From Octopus vulgaris (lineage: Eukaryota): a stretch of DNA of 64,000 nt. The stretch is from NCBI GenBank assembly GCA_951406725.2, contig OX597827.1, forward strand, positions 29,574,001 to 29,638,000. The letters are read 5' to 3'. Position 1 is the first letter of the stretch, and every line of letters begins with the position of its first letter. Position numbers and translations under genes: made by a program. Of this stretch, positions 40,844 through 54,813 are shown one piece after another. The notes below the pieces were generated by a model. That model ran no database searches. It worked only from the letters and a program-made list of their open reading frames with translations, and was not told the origin of the DNA.

Positions 40844-42572
40844 GGAGTAAACACATAAATGTGAAACAAGGTGGAAAAAAGAGTACTCAAATACCAGTGG
40901 TAGAGTAATATGCTTTATTTTAAGCAGCAGAAAATTCAACAAAATCTGTTACTCTGAGTTTCTCGTTGCCGTTCATCAGACAGTTTTTGCTAGAATGGAA
41001 CATATATATTAATTCAATCTATACTCTTACAAACGCTACACCTTTAAAAAGAAATGGACTTGTTTGATTGGCCCTTTAGAAAAAACGGTCAATCTTCGAG
41101 CGATAAACAAAAAGGTCAAAAATATATGTATATAAATATAAAAAACTTATAAAAATTATAAAATCCGAGGAAAAAAACCGAGGAAAAAAACCTATTGCCG
41201 TTAATGAAGACAGTACAAATTAATGCAGAGAAATTAAACCTGTTATAAATACTGCAATACATATTTATATTAAAATCCACATATATATATCAACATACAC
41301 AAAAGGATGCGCGTAAACGCCATACATACATATACAGACGTATGAATATGAATCTAAATTATACACATAAAAGCATGTGTACATATATTCACGCAAACCG
41401 TCTCGCACGCAAGCTAAAATTCATCTATGTAGCAATTCTCATATACTGAGCAAGGAGGGGGAACGAAAGAAAGGGAAAGAGAGAAAAAAGAAACGAAGGA
41501 GGGGTGGGGAAAAAACTTGTAGCGATATTATTGGCATCTATAGAGGCCAGTATACATACACAAGTTTGAATTGATACATATACATACCGTCGTGTGTATG
41601 CGTGCTTAAGCACAAGCATACTTTCACTTACACATACACAGATACGCATGCTTACAAATACATATGCTTTGCTATACACAAACTTATATAAACATTCTAA
41701 ATTTGACAACATTGCTTTTTTTAAAAAAAACATTGCTTTTAAAAAATGGGTGCATTAATAAAAATATATACGAAAGACATATAAAATAAAATAAAATAAA
41801 ATATAACATCCTATTTTGGGTCATTTATAAATAATCAAGGTAATATAAATAATCAAGGTAATCTTATGCAATACAATAACATGAAAACAAAGTTTGTAGG
41901 TTTTTCCTAATATATATGTAGAAACAATAAGACTTTGCTATAGGTCCGTCGTAGCGCTCAAGAGTCAAAATCAAAATCAAAAAATCAAAATACAAAATAT
42001 ATACTCTATCCATATGGTATATTTATATTCGACATTTTAAATTTAGCCGTGTGCCTACATAAGTTCATTAATTCACTTCTTTGATTCAAAGAATTGTTGT
42101 CTTTGAATAATATGTGCATTTTTTCTAATAAGCAAAGCCTGCACTTGAAATTATATTTGTAAGCTCCATGCCTGTATGGTGCCGCCCTGTCCAGAATGCT
42201 CCATGTCACGTTGAAAGGTGGGGCTTCCTTTTCTTTTAGTTCCCAGACATATTTTGCTAGGCTGGTTTTCTTTCTATTCTCTGGGTATTTAAAAGAATTC
42301 TTATGAGAATAAAATCTTGTTTTAAATGAATTTTCTGAAGCCCCTGTGTATGTCTTGTATTCCGATGAGCCTTCCACTTGCACCTTGGCTCTATAAACTA
42401 CTCCTTTCACTAGACATTTCCCTTCTAACGGACAGGAGCTTTCGTTTTTGAAATTACATTTCTTAATGGGCTCGGCACCATGTCTAATCTCAATTAGCTT
42501 CCTATTATGTTGGCTAATGTAAGAGGCGAAATTTCTGCAACAAGAATAGCTAACCTTGAATTTTCTGCTGCT
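40840..42572 (-). mobile_element. Naiad-like PLE 3' fragment (GIY-YIG at 42006-42570, 3' UTR, HHR)
   Basis: GVVYRAKV..YTGASENSFKTRFYSH..TSLAKYVWELK..CRLCLLEK. Confidence 0.82.
40941..40988 (-). ncRNA. Type I hammerhead
   Basis: aaaaactgt-CTGATGA-acg gcaa cga-GAAA-ctcagag-TA-acagatttt. Confidence 0.82.
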
Positions 42573-42582
42573 TAAAATAAAG

Positions 42583-42609
<27 letters not shown>

Positions 42610-42614
<5 letters not shown>

Positions 42615-42790
42615 ATCCAAACAAGAAAACACAAAAAAAACACAGTAACGCTAGGACGTGGAACAAATATAGTATTATTGGACGCTCGGGAAAGAAGGAA
42701 AGAAGGAGCGTTTAACGTTTCGAGTGGAGCTCTTCGTCGGAAACATAGGAGAAGGGAAGACAGAGGAAAAAAATCGCCAACGGTACACAT
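42610..42790 (-). mobile_element. Solo pLTR (34438 family), HHR at 42710-42744
   Basis: gttt-CCGACGA-a-gagc tcc actc-GAAA-cg-TT-aaac. Confidence 0.72.
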
Positions 42791-42854
42791 ATATTTGTAT
42801 ATACACATACAAACATATATATATATATATATATGTGTGTATATATATATATAT

Positions 42855-43345
42855 AATGGTTGTATACTGTCAATCTAACAAGAACGTGACAGTAGGGGGT
42901 ACACCACCGTTATATAGCCCTAGGAGGCATCGAACGCCTCCTGACAGCTTCGACACATTTTATCCTGTGTCCTTATATACACATACGAAGGGGAGACAAA
43001 CACCCCCAACCGCCGGAACTGCATCTAGGGACACCGTGTTTCAGGATCATTGTCTTTCATCGGCCTAGAGTAGCAGACACCGGTCAGCTGGCGATATCTG
43101 TCTCGACTTCGTACACGGTGTCCCTAGATGCAGCTCCGGTGGTTGGGGGTGTTCGTCTCCCCTTCGTATGTGTATATAAGGACACAGGATAAAATGTGCC
43201 GAAGCTGTCAGGAGGCGTTCGATGCCTCCTAGGGCTATATAACGGTGGTGTACCCCTTACTGTCATGTTCTTGTTAGATTGACAGTATACAACCATTATA
43301 TCGCTCCACCACCGTACACCTCTCTACGAGAGATTTAGAAACTCA
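42855..43345. mobile_element. Fold-back pLTR pair
   Basis: Arms 42855-43038 / 43113-43300. Confidence 0.8.
43025..43068 (-). ncRNA. Type I hammerhead with C at position 4
   Basis: ctagg-CCGATGA-aaga caatga tcct-GAAA-cacggtg-TC-cctag. Confidence 0.72.
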
Positions 43346-43350
43346 ATATT

Positions 43351-43382
<32 letters not shown>

Positions 43383-43521
43383 GTATGTACAAACATGTAT
43401 ATACAAAGGATATGCGTATGTGTCACTGCTTTGAAATATATATAAATATATATATATATATATGCATGCATACACACACATGTATATGCATACATACATA
43501 TATGTGTGGGTGTGCACGCAT

Positions 43522-43586
<65 letters not shown>

Positions 43587-44479
43587 CATGTATGTATGTA
43601 TGTACGTATATATATATATATATATGGATATATATATATCAAAGCAATGAGTCTGAGCTCATACAACGGATATAACCGATATATTTTGTATATGTCCCGA
43701 CACATTTATGGGTGTGAAACTTCCTGTTAATAAAAATTTACTCTTCCAAGCTGCAATTCACATCATTTGATGTCCACAATAACTATTGCAGTGTCCACTG
43801 TGGCAATTTCCCATTAAGCATTTAGTTAAATAAGCTCTATGTTTTTAATTAACATTCATAAGCAAATTTTTTATTTGAAGTCCCATTTGATTATTTTAAA
43901 CGCAATGGTAGAAAGACGTTATGAAAATTCTTCAAGGGCTGACATGGATGGATAGGCAGCTATTTCGGAGCGTCGGAAGAAATTGCCTTCTAGAATTTAA
44001 GATACTTCACGTTCTGTGTTGAAAACTCTAAAGACGTCAACTTTAGCATTCATTTTAGCATTCATTTTCCGGGGTAAACCCCTCGAGTTTCAGACCTTGT
44101 CAGAAGTAGTTATTCTTGAAGGCCTTCTTGAAAGTATGGCGCCAGAAGACCATATAAGATATTGATAGGGTGATCTCTTAAAACTACCCATCTATTTTGC
44201 CTCTGTAAAATAACATTTATCTTTATACAACCAAATCCGTCTTGTTGTAAGCAAGTACAGCTATGAGAGGGGGTGGTTCAAAAATGTGCAGAAAGATGAA
44301 GCGAACGTTGTGTGACTTAAATTACTGTACAACACATTTGATGTTTGTGAACGGACGAAGGGCCTCTTAAAGTAACGTCAGAATCATTACACGATGGCTT
44401 TATCAGCTATAAACAACAGCCAATATCGACAGGGTTGACCATAATATCTTACTCTCAAAATTGGCAAATGTTGGAATCT

Positions 44480-45591
44480 GTGGTCTATTCCCTGGCGAAT
44501 AGAACACAACATGTTGTGGTCGATGGAGTCCACTCAAGCCCAGTAAAAGTCACCAGTGGTGTCCCTCGGGGGACTGTCTTGGGCCCGCTCCTCTTTATAA
44601 TCAACATAAACGACCTTTCCAGCGTCGTAAATCACTGCAAAGTGAAAATATTTGCTGATGGCACTAAGCTCCAGCAAATATCATCAATGAAGAAGTCCGA
44701 ACTCCACTCCGGTCTGATCTATATGCGGTGAGTCAATGGGTAGACAAAAACAAAATGCAACTAAACGAGGGAAAATTTGAGCTGATGCATTTTGGAAGAA
44801 AGACTATACTAAAACAGCCATACTCTCTTCCTTCAGGGGAACCGCTCACAGCATCTAATAATATCAGAGACCTAGGTGTAATTATTGATAACCATCTCAG
44901 TTGGAGTGCCCACATCAACAATAAGGTCGATATAGCTCGTAGGATGAGCTCCTGGATCTCAAGAACCTTCCGGTCTAGAGAATAAGGTGTCATCATATCA
45001 CTTTTTTCCTCCTTTGTATGGCCACACCTCGAATACTGCTGCCCTCTGTGGTTTCCCTTACAAAACAAAACATCTCGAAAATTTAAACACCCCAGAAGGC
45101 ACTCACTAAACGAATTCTTTAATTCTTGACTGATCTCAATTACTGGGACTGTCTTAAAGACTTGAAACTCTACTCTCTCCAGCGCCGCCGCTAGCGGTAC
45201 ATCATTTGCACGATGTGGAGAATATACCGCCAGCATTACCCAAACGACCTGAACATTAGCTTCAAGGTTCATCCAAGGCTGGGACCATGGACCATACGTC
45301 CCTTGCCCAATTCAGTGTCACAACGTACAGGTATACAGCAACACAATTTCTTTTCCTCAATAGACCCTGCCCTGTTTAACATTGTCCCAAAAACTGATCA
45401 AAGAGAAAAAGGATCCCATCACCTTTAAACGGAGTCTGGACAAATTTCTTCAAGGAATACCAGATAAGCCATCCATACCTGAATACAATTCGACTTAAAA
45501 TGGATTAAGATAATCCCATCAGGTGGTGCTCTTGAGTTAGACATGGCCTGGACCAATCTTTGGTCGAAACATATCTAAGTTTTCTAAGCTT

Positions 45592-45595
<4 letters not shown>
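44480..45595 (+). mobile_element. 5'-truncated CR1/L2-group LINE
   Basis: SGVPRGTVLGPLLF, FADGTK, RDLGV, RTF..R; 3' stem-loop gacca atctt tggtc. Confidence 0.88.
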
Positions 45596-45676
<81 letters not shown>

Positions 45677-45774
45677 TTGAATAAACACCACAGAGATGTA
45701 TGTAATATATATAAACATATATATACGTGCATTTATGTATGTATGTATGTATGTATGTATGTATGTATGTATAT

Positions 45775-45980
45775 AAAGTTAATCCAAACAAGAAAACACA
45801 CAAAAAAACACAACAACGCGAGGACGTGGAACAAATATAGTATTATTGGACGCTCAGGAAAGAAGGGAAGAAGGAGGGTTTAACGTTTGGAGCGGAGCTC
45901 TTCGTCGGAAGCATAGAAGGAAAGATCCCAAGAAGGGAAGACAGAGGAAAAAAATCGCCAACGGTACACACGAGGTCACA
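45775..45980 (-). mobile_element. Solo pLTR (34438 family)
   Basis: High similarity to 42610-42790. Confidence 0.72.
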
Positions 45981-46002
45981 TACATATACATATAATTAAA
46001 GT

Positions 46003-47746
46003 TTTCATTCGAAGTTCCAATTCCTTACCATATTTCATTTCTCTTTATTTCTTACTTTCATGTTTTTTTTTTTTTCATTAGGTTTCTTCTTCCTTGATAA
46101 TATTTGTAAAATTGGCACTAGTTTTGGATTGACACATTGACGCTTCTTGTATATGGACCTACCCAATGGAAAAGGTAAACCTAGACTTCTATCTTAAGGA
46201 CTTACCTATTCTCAGCAAAGACCTGTACATGTGCCTTCTTATATATGAATGTAAATATAAATATGTGTGCCCCTGTGTGTGAATATATATATATATATAT
46301 ATAAATCTCTCTCCTCCTCAGTATTTCGTATGTCTGCAGATGTGTGAAACTGCAGACTGTACCGAATAGCCGCTTCCTTCCATGACCCACATTCGTGAAG
46401 CAGCTTGATAAGAGACCGTGTACATTAGCTCTAAACACCGACCGAATAAATAACACATGACTTTTCGACATTTCATCAACTCGTACCACACCCAGTGATT
46501 ATATATTCAAACTCGACTTATATACATCTCATTAGTGAAATGTTTCCATCACATTGCCTTAATTAATGCTGTCACAACCTATATGTGGTCTTTCAATTTG
46601 CTAAAAGTAGTAGCCAAAAACTTGTTTTAAGTAATACACACTACCATCTTATAAAGGACGGCTACATTGGATAATACATGTATGCTCTAATGCTCTAACA
46701 CAAAGTTTAATGTATACCAAGTATAACGTGACAGAAGCAAACCGGAATGTATTCAACTGAAATAACGAAGAATCTTCTATCTGATCTTTCAGGTTGCTAG
46801 AAATGGCTGCAAAATGCAAAGTAAAATTTTTTCTATTGGTTGCTTATAATGGTTCTACAATAATGGTACTGTTGAGGAAAAAATCTCCGCATTTGCCTTC
46901 CTGTTTTTATCCAACTCCACACTGCTCACTGCAACTAAACTTCAAGCATGACTGCAATAAATAAATAACTTAATACAAATAATACAAAATAGAATAAAAT
47001 ATATAAATAAATAAATTAAAGGTTAGAATACAGACAAAATTATCTCTTTCAGTTTTCCCCTTTGACTTTTTACAGCTCCATTAGATTTATTATCTGGGCA
47101 TATTGGTCCATTAAAAAACTGCCATTAAAAACTGGGTTATCTCCCCACTAAAAAAGTGAGTTTATGTGGCGACAAGAAATTGGATTAAAAGGGTTAGATC
47201 CCTTTGGTTCAATACTTCAACGCATTATTGGCATTTGGCTTCCTCACTATGCATGGTAGGATTTGTTGTAAAAATATTATCAGATTCAGTGCGATGTTTC
47301 ATCTTTTCACTTTTCATGTTTCATGTTTATGAATTCTTTTCATTATATTTTTCTTTAGGGTTAAACAATTTTTAGTTGAAGGAGATAACCAAAATACCGA
47401 TATTTCACATAAAACGGTGGGGAGATAACCCAATTTTTTAATGGGGGTGAGATACCCAAAAAGTCCCGGTACATTTATTAATCACGCACTTCAGTGAAGA
47501 TGATGGTTTCGAAGAAATACGAAAGTTACTGATAAGAGTAATTCGTATGTCAAAGGTCATTTAATTCCTTTACAAAGTAAATACGTCGATTCCTTTACAA
47601 AGAATATATGTCAATATGTCAATCCAAAACTAGTGCCAATTTTACAAATATTATCAAGGAAGAAGAAACCTAATTAAAAAAAAAGCATGAAAGTAAGAAA
47701 TAAAGAGAAATGAAATATGGTAAGGAATTGGAACTTCGAATGAAAA
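46003..47746. repeat. Long-spaced inverted repeat
   Basis: 46003-46141 is the reverse complement of 47610-47746. Confidence 0.85.
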
Positions 47747-47799
47747 ATTGTTTTCGTGAAACCATTTCTCATAGTCTTAAAATTTATCAATTTTAACTG

Positions 47800-47950
47800 A
47801 GGCGGCGAGCTGGTGGAATAGGTTGCACGCCGGACGGGAACTTCTTCTGGATCTATACGCTCTGAGTCCAAATTCCACCTTTCGTCCTTTGGGAGTCGAT
47901 AAAATAAGTACCAGTACGACACTGGGGATCGCTGTAATTGATTAACCCTC
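47800..47950 (+). mobile_element. Meta-like SINE, decayed
   Basis: ggcggcgagctgg..gtcgataaaataagtaccag. Confidence 0.75.
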
Positions 47951-47999
47951 TGCCCGCATTTATAATGTGTATATAAACCTACAAAGACACTGGTTCTAA

Positions 48000-48760
48000 T
48001 ATTTTGTCCCAGAGAAATATCTCAAAGAGATATGCATGTTAAAGCCACATGTCATGGCTCAGAATGCCCGGGGATTACTAGTCACGGTGTTTCAACCTTC
48101 TTTGATCTCTTCAGTGATGAATGCCCCGGAATGTTCTGAGCTAAACCGAAAATGGTTCCTTTGTTAAAGAAATCAGCATCAAAAAATTTATGGATTTGTG
48201 CCAAGTTATAATTAAATTAATATACGCACTTGAAATAGACATGAATCAAAATACTGGTGCATGACATGGTGTATATTCAAAGACAGAATAATACTTCTGT
48301 AATATATTGTGTCAGAGAAACTTCTCAAAAAGATCTTTGTGTTAAAATACACGAAGCTCTCCACACCCGTTACGAATAACCCGGGTGAATACTCCTGAAC
48401 TAAGCGGAACATGCTTATTCTATAATAGAAATTGGCAAATAAAACATTCAGTTTTTCCTTTTTCTTTTCTTCTTATTTTCCTACTTTCTGTGGACGTTAT
48501 CCAAGTTAAAATCATATAACTATACGCTCTTGGAACAGAGTTAGATTAAAATACAAGATACCTATAATATGTAAACAACTAGAGAACAAAAAACACAAGG
48601 CTTAGCTCAGAACAGCGGTGAATCGCCACACAATGTTTCGACCTACTTTGTCTCCTCAATGGCAAATAGTCCAGAAGTTCTGATCCAAGACGAAAAATAT
48701 CCTGTGCTTTTAACACACAAGTTTCTTTGAGAAGTAAGTTTCTCTGAGACAAAAATATAG
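48000..48760. mobile_element. Three diverged pLTR-like units with decayed HHRs (48068-48130, 48625-48663)
   Basis: Shared cagagaaa..tctcaaa..tgttaaa block; CTGAAGA..GAAA and TTGAGGA-gac..gtc-GAAA cores on the minus strand. Confidence 0.55.
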
Positions 48761-48809
48761 TCAGCACCATTTCACGTTGGTATATATGTTATAAATGTTC
48801 AGCATTTTT

Positions 48810-49040
48810 ACTCTAGGCACAAGGCCCGAAATTTTGGGGGAGGTAGCCAGTCGATTAGATCGATCCAGTACGCAACTGGTACTTAATTTATCGATCCCGA
48901 AAGGATGAAAGGCAATGTCTACATAAAGACAGAGGCCGATAGAATGAGTATTAGGCTCACAAAGAATAAGTCCTCGGTTTCAATTTGTTCGTCTAAAGGC
49001 GGTGCTTCAGCAGAACTGCAGTCAAATAACTGAAACAAAC
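48810..49040. mobile_element. Two SINE fragments
   Basis: Meta-like domain on minus; LINE-like tail on plus. Confidence 0.7.
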
Positions 49041-49058
49041 ACACACACACATATGTGC

Positions 49059-49101
<43 letters not shown>

Positions 49102-49124
49102 TATATATAAATATAGATAGATAT

Positions 49125-49161
<37 letters not shown>

Positions 49162-49227
49162 AAGATAGATAGATATAGATACAGATATATATGTATATAT
49201 ATATATGTGTGTAGAGAGAGAGAGAAG

Positions 49228-49283
<56 letters not shown>

Positions 49284-49284
49284 A

Positions 49285-49349
<65 letters not shown>

Positions 49350-49375
49350 TAGAGAGAGAGAGAGAGAGAGAGATG

Positions 49376-49482
49376 ACGATAAGTAATGGAGCAATAATTA
49401 ACAGTGGGAAGTGGGAATTAAATAATGACTTTAAAACACCAATGATCCACTTACTGTTAATTATTGCTCCATTTCTTATCGT
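49376..49482. repeat. Short inverted repeat
   Basis: acgataagtaatggagcaataattaacagt / actgttaattattgctccatttcttatcgt. Confidence 0.85.
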
Positions 49483-49652
49483 TTCTATATATATATATCA
49501 AACCACGATATTACCTTTAAATTACCTACTACCGTATGCCTGATAACAAGGACCATACATACTGAGGTAATACCAGAAGTGCTTATGGATACATCTTGCC
49601 CTTAGCAGTTTACATTTCCTGTAATTTATACTTTACACTATATATATATATG

Positions 49653-49693
<41 letters not shown>

Positions 49694-49695
<2 letters not shown>

Positions 49696-49995
49696 AGGCG
49701 CAATGGCCCAGTGGTTAGGGCAGCGGACTCGCGGTCGTAGGATTGCGGTTTCGATTCCCAGACCGGGCGTTGTGAGTGTTTATTGAGCGAAAACACCTAA
49801 AGCTCCACGAAGCTCCGGCAGTGGGTGGTGGCGATCCCTGCTGTACTCTTTCGCCACAACTTTCTTTCACTCTTTCTTCTGTTGGCCTGCTCGCTTAGCC
49901 AGCGTGGTGGCGTCATTTGAAGGCTATAACAATGCGAAACGCATTGGGACACAGTGATGTGTAGCAGCATCTGATACCCTAGTCGGTCATGTGTA
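49694..49995 (+). mobile_element. tRNA-derived SINE
   Basis: A box tggcccagtgg, B box ggtttcgattccc. Confidence 0.85.
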
Positions 49996-50052
49996 ATATA
50001 TATATATATGCGGTACCCCAGCATGGCTGCACTTCTGAGCTGAGACTACAAC

Positions 50053-50106
<54 letters not shown>

Positions 50107-50131
50107 ACATATATATATATATATATATATG

Positions 50132-51069
50132 TAGGTCCCGGGTTGATTCGGGGTTAACCACAGTAAATAAGGTACTCAATACATAGCAGAGTAAAATTAA
50201 TTTATTATATAGAAGGAGCTTCTACAGGACTAGAACTGTTTCATTCAAGAGAAATCTTCAGGAAGCTAGTTAACAATAATTGTATAGGCATTTATACATT
50301 TAGGCAGGTTTAAAGGGGTGTTGGTGGGGGACTTTTTGGGGGTAGGCATAGCGCAAAATATCATACTTGGGGGAGTGGTCAAGGAGTCAGTGTTAAATTA
50401 GATAGAAGAATAAATAAAAAAATAAAAAAATAAAATAATAAAATAAAAAAATAAATAAAAAAATAAAAAAATCTATATATAAAAAAAGGGGAATAGAGTT
50501 TTAGGTAAATAAGGAGATTCTCACTTATACCTATGCACACATGTATACATACATACACACACATACAAACATATATACATATACATACATACATACATAC
50601 ACACACATATATATACATATATATACACTTACACATACATATACATATCTACACATACACATATATGTATACATACACACACTCACATGCATACACGTAT
50701 ACACACATGTATATATACACACACGACCACACATACATATACGCACAGAAAAATATATATACACATACACACACATACTCACATACACGCAGACACACAC
50801 ATATCCACACACACACATGCACACACAGCACACTAGTCCCTATATACACATACACACACATATACACACACACACATACATATACATACATGTATATATA
50901 TATATACATATATATACATATGTGTACCTATGCATACCTACACACACACACATATATATACACATACAAATACAGACCCATTCCCTAATTTTAATTTTAT
51001 TATCTTCGTTTATTACTTTTGTTATCTTTGGCCGCTTGGTCACAAACATCTTGGCTATGACAGCCAGTC
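50132..51069 (-). mobile_element. PLE pLTR/3' UTR, left arm of large inverted repeat
   Basis: 50202-51069 is the reverse complement of 57148-58017. Confidence 0.82.
50217..50267 (-). ncRNA. Type I hammerhead with true helix III
   Basis: Inverted copy of 57952-58002. Confidence 0.8.
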
Positions 51070-51660
51070 ATAGAAATAGCAGCCAATAAAGTTTTTTAGC
51101 CTCTTCCACTACTTAGAGAATATTTTCCCTCAGACATTGTTTACTCATAAAAATAATGGTCCTTTTACATACTGAATACTTGGTGAAATTGATTAATAAC
51201 TAATTAACTTTACCCTCAATTGTTGATATACGTATGTGTGTGTATATATATGTGTGTGTATGTGTATATGTACATGTATGTATATGTGTATGTATGTATG
51301 TATGTATGTATATGTATATATATATATGTATGTATATGTATATATATATGTATATATATATGTATGTGTGTGTGTGTGTGTGTGTATATAAATATATATA
51401 TATATATACATATATGTATGTGTGTGTATATGTGTATTATATATGTATATATTTATATATATGTATATGTATATGTATATGTATGTGTGTGTGTATATGT
51501 ATATATGTGTATATATATGAGTGTACGCGAGTATGTCGATGTATATGTAGGTATGTAGAGTTATGTGTATGTGCAGGTATGTGAGTGTAGATACAAATTG
51601 TAGATGAGTATATATATGTATGTGTATATATACATGTATATAGGTATATGTATGTGTGTG

Positions 51661-51713
<53 letters not shown>

Positions 51714-51837
51714 GCGAGTATGTAGAGATATAAGTATGCAAATCCTCTCGTTCACGTACGACATAATGCGGCAGCAGCATAGAATTGGAGCGTCCATCTC
51801 TTTCTTCTCTCAATGTAGAATGAGAATGTAGAATGTT

Positions 51838-53109
51838 TCCTACCCGTATAGGAAACCAGAAGAAACTACCAAATACATCCATACCTCTTCCAACCATCCA
51901 CCCTGTATAATTAGCACCACAGTCCAAGCCATCTCAGACAGACTGACAAAACTATCCTCTAATAGAGAAATTTTCAATAATCATGCTCAACACTACAACC
52001 AGGCTCTCTATAGTGCCGGGTATAACCAGAGAATATCATATGTAGACCAACCGGGAGCGTCCGTCGACCATAAGACTCCCAATTATAATCGAACTCAGCA
52101 CTCAACTCACACTACCGATAAGTCTAATTCAAACTCCAAACAACGTATAGGAAATAGGCGAACTAATAGAACAGCACACAATAGTAACCCTCCCGACGAG
52201 AGCAATATAGATCCTATTAGGAGAAATAGAAGGGATAATAGTAGATTACGCAAATATATATGGTTCAACATACCTTTCAACTTAGCAGTTAGGGGTAAGT
52301 TATGTAAGAGAATATTCTCTATAATTTCCAACAACTTCCCACCCACCCACAAATATAGAAGTATCTTCTCCAACAAAACTATTAGGATTTCCTACTCTAC
52401 CCTGCCCAACATGAGCTGCCTCTTAGCTAAACACAACTATATTAATATTAGAACAGCTAGATCAAGAGCAAACCATAGCGACCAACAGAACCCCCCTCAT
52501 CTAGACAGTAGGCAATATAACCAGACTGGCAGCCATACTACCCAAGCAGTTAGTAATAACACCCGCCAACACAACAGAGGAAATACTACACCCATCAACA
52601 ACCAGGAGGATACCAACGCCCCCACTCGTATTGCAACACCTCCGCCTGGGATTAGCAGCACACGACCGAATAATGCAATGCAATGCAACTGCAGATGTGC
52701 ATCAGAGTGCCCGCTGCAGGGCGCATGCAGGGCGAAAAACGTAATATACTCATGTGAGGTGAGTACTCAGTTTAACACACTCACCTATATTGGTTGCTCA
52801 ACCTCCTGGAAATTCAGATACTACAACCACCGGTCCTCGCTGAGACATAGACATAAGGCTAACAGCACCTCCCTCTCTAAAAGAATTTGGGAATTAAAAG
52901 ACAAATGCATAGGCTTCAAACTCAGATGGTCCATCATCGGATCAGCTGCACCTTATTTAAATAATAGAGCAGGATGCCAACTATGCTGTGTAGAACTCCT
53001 GGACATCTTGAAATTCAAAGACAAACACAATCTTATTAACAAAAGGTCAGAGTTCAAACCATCCTGTATACATAAACTTATTAATACTTTCAAATACTAC
53101 AATGCTTAG
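51838..53109 (+). CDS. PLE RT thumb + Cys linker + GIY-YIG (5'-truncated, uninterrupted frame)
   Basis: YPYRKP..YIH..SNHPP, WFN.PF, ISYS..PN, CNC-x5-C-x5-C, VIY..YIG, CQLC..E; I read no stop from 51838 to 53106. Confidence 0.87.
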   Translation, partial: SYPYRKPEETTKYIHTSSNHPPCIISTTVQAISDRLTKLSSNREIFNNHAQHYNQALYSAGYNQRISYVDQPGASVDHKTPNYNRTQHSTHTTDKSNSNSKQRIGNRRTNRTAHNSNPPDESNIDPIRRNRRDNSRLRKYIWFNIPFNLAVRGKLCKRIFSIISNNFPPTHKYRSIFSNKTIRISYSTLPNMSCLLAKHNYINIRTARSRANHSDQQNPPHLDSRQYNQTGSHTTQAVSNNTRQHNRGNTTPINNQEDTNAPTRIATPPPGISSTRPNNAMQCNCRCASECPLQGACRAKNVIYSCEVSTQFNTLTYIGCSTSWKFRYYNHRSSLRHRHKANSTSLSKRIWELKDKCIGFKLRWSIIGSAAPYLNNRAGCQLCCVELLDILKFKDKHNLINKRSEFKPSCIHKLINTFKYYNA

Positions 53110-54735
53110 GTCTTATACCAACTCCCCCATGCTATTTCCTCCCACCCGGTGCAACCTGTCGGCTCCAGCACATCCCGCTTTCCTATATGTGCGTGTGTAT
53201 GTGTGTGTGTGTGTGTGTGTGCGTGTGTATGTGCACATACGTGTACGTATGTGTACATATACATATATATATATATGTGTGCCACCTCCATCTCATGTTA
53301 AACTTTACAAAATTATATTTTTACCTTATTTTTTTATTTTATTTTATTTTATTTTTATTTTTATTTTTAGTTTTACTTTTATCCTACTTCCATTTATTTT
53401 TACTTTTAATTTTATTTTTACTTTTATTCTACTTCCATTTACTCTCATTTTCATTTTCATCCCTTACCTTAACTCTTATAACCCTTATAATTCTTATATT
53501 TCATTTCTAACTATTACATTGTATTTCTTATTTTATACTGTATTTTTTATTTCTAATCTTTACCCTTACCCTCATTCTTACCCCTAATTTATCGCTTTAC
53601 ACCTCTATATATGTTTATTTACTTACCTATGGATCCGCCTTTTGAGTATGCGAGCGTCCGCGTACGTGTGTATGCGCATACATACATATGCACGCGCGTA
53701 TATGTACATGCATACTTCGATATCTTATGGCTATACCCATGTGCGCGTGTGTCTCTGTGTGTGTATATGAGTGTATATGTGCACGCACATACGGACACAC
53801 AGCCGTGTGTGCGTGCGCGTATTAACATGAGTACGGGATTCTTTACATACGTTCTTATACACATCCTTTAATATCTTATACCTAGACCTAGAGGCGTGGG
53901 CATATACGTGTGTGTATGTAGTGAGGGGCGCGCGTATATACATGTGAGCGTGTACGCGCGTAATGTCCGTCTATATATGCGGATATTCTGTTGTATGTAT
54001 GTGTGTGTGCGAGCGTGCGTGTGGGTGCGTATGTGTTTATGTACGTGTTTACACGCGAGTGCGTGTGTATGCTTATAGGCTTGGAGACGTATATGTACGC
54101 GTGTATGTGGGTGTATGTATCCATGATGATATGTATGTACTGGAAGTCCATTTAATTCAAGGAACCAGATTAAATTCTCATCAGCTCTGATTTACGACGA
54201 AACTGTTAATTTACTGACAGTTCTACAACTAAGTTTTATCAATCTCCTGACCACCATGCTTGGTCCGCGACCTCTATACATCCCTTATCTTTACATTCTT
54301 TTACACTTTTATCATGTTTTTATCAGGTTCTTTTACTTCTTTTACTATTATTTCCATTTCCATTTTTACTTTACAACCTTATGCCTTTACATTTATTTAT
54401 ATTTCTTTATATTTCTTTATACCCCCTTTACATCTCCTTACAACTCTTTATATCTTTATCCTCTACATTTTTATATTATTCTATACGTACATTTTTTATA
54501 TATATTTTTTATCCCTCGTCCCGAACTCTCGCCCCTCCATCTTCACCTCTACATACGTATTTATTTATTTACATTACCTCAACATCCAAGTTTCCTCATT
54601 CTACATTGAGAGAAGAAAGAGATGGACGCTTCAATTCTATGCTGCTGCCGCATTATGTCGTACGTGAACGAGAGGATTTGCATCCCCAACCAAGAATTTT
54701 TGATGTAACACATGTCCTTGTGGAAGCTGTTGTGC

Positions 54736-54813
54736 GCGGCTGAAGAAGGCCACAGACATACATTATGCTTTGTTATAAATCTGTCTAATAAAGGCCCGAA
54801 ACATATGTACCGC
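54736..54813 (+). ncRNA. Type I hammerhead
   Basis: gcgg-CTGAAGA-aggcc..ggccc-GAAA-catatg-TA-ccgc. Confidence 0.85.

Noticed and set aside
49694-49770. tRNA-like sequence (also at 12210 and 26231)
   Set aside because: SINE heads followed by SINE bodies; no intact cloverleaf with a terminator
52411-53109. Possible selenocysteine recoding, known in some Naiad PLEs
   Set aside because: No in-frame TGA in the visible ORF; Cys motifs use TGC/TGT
54136-54227. Hammerhead-like fold tgta-CTGGA-a-gtc..gac-GAAA-ctgtta..tgacag-TTC-taca
   Set aside because: The core lacks two nucleotides; at best a dead relic
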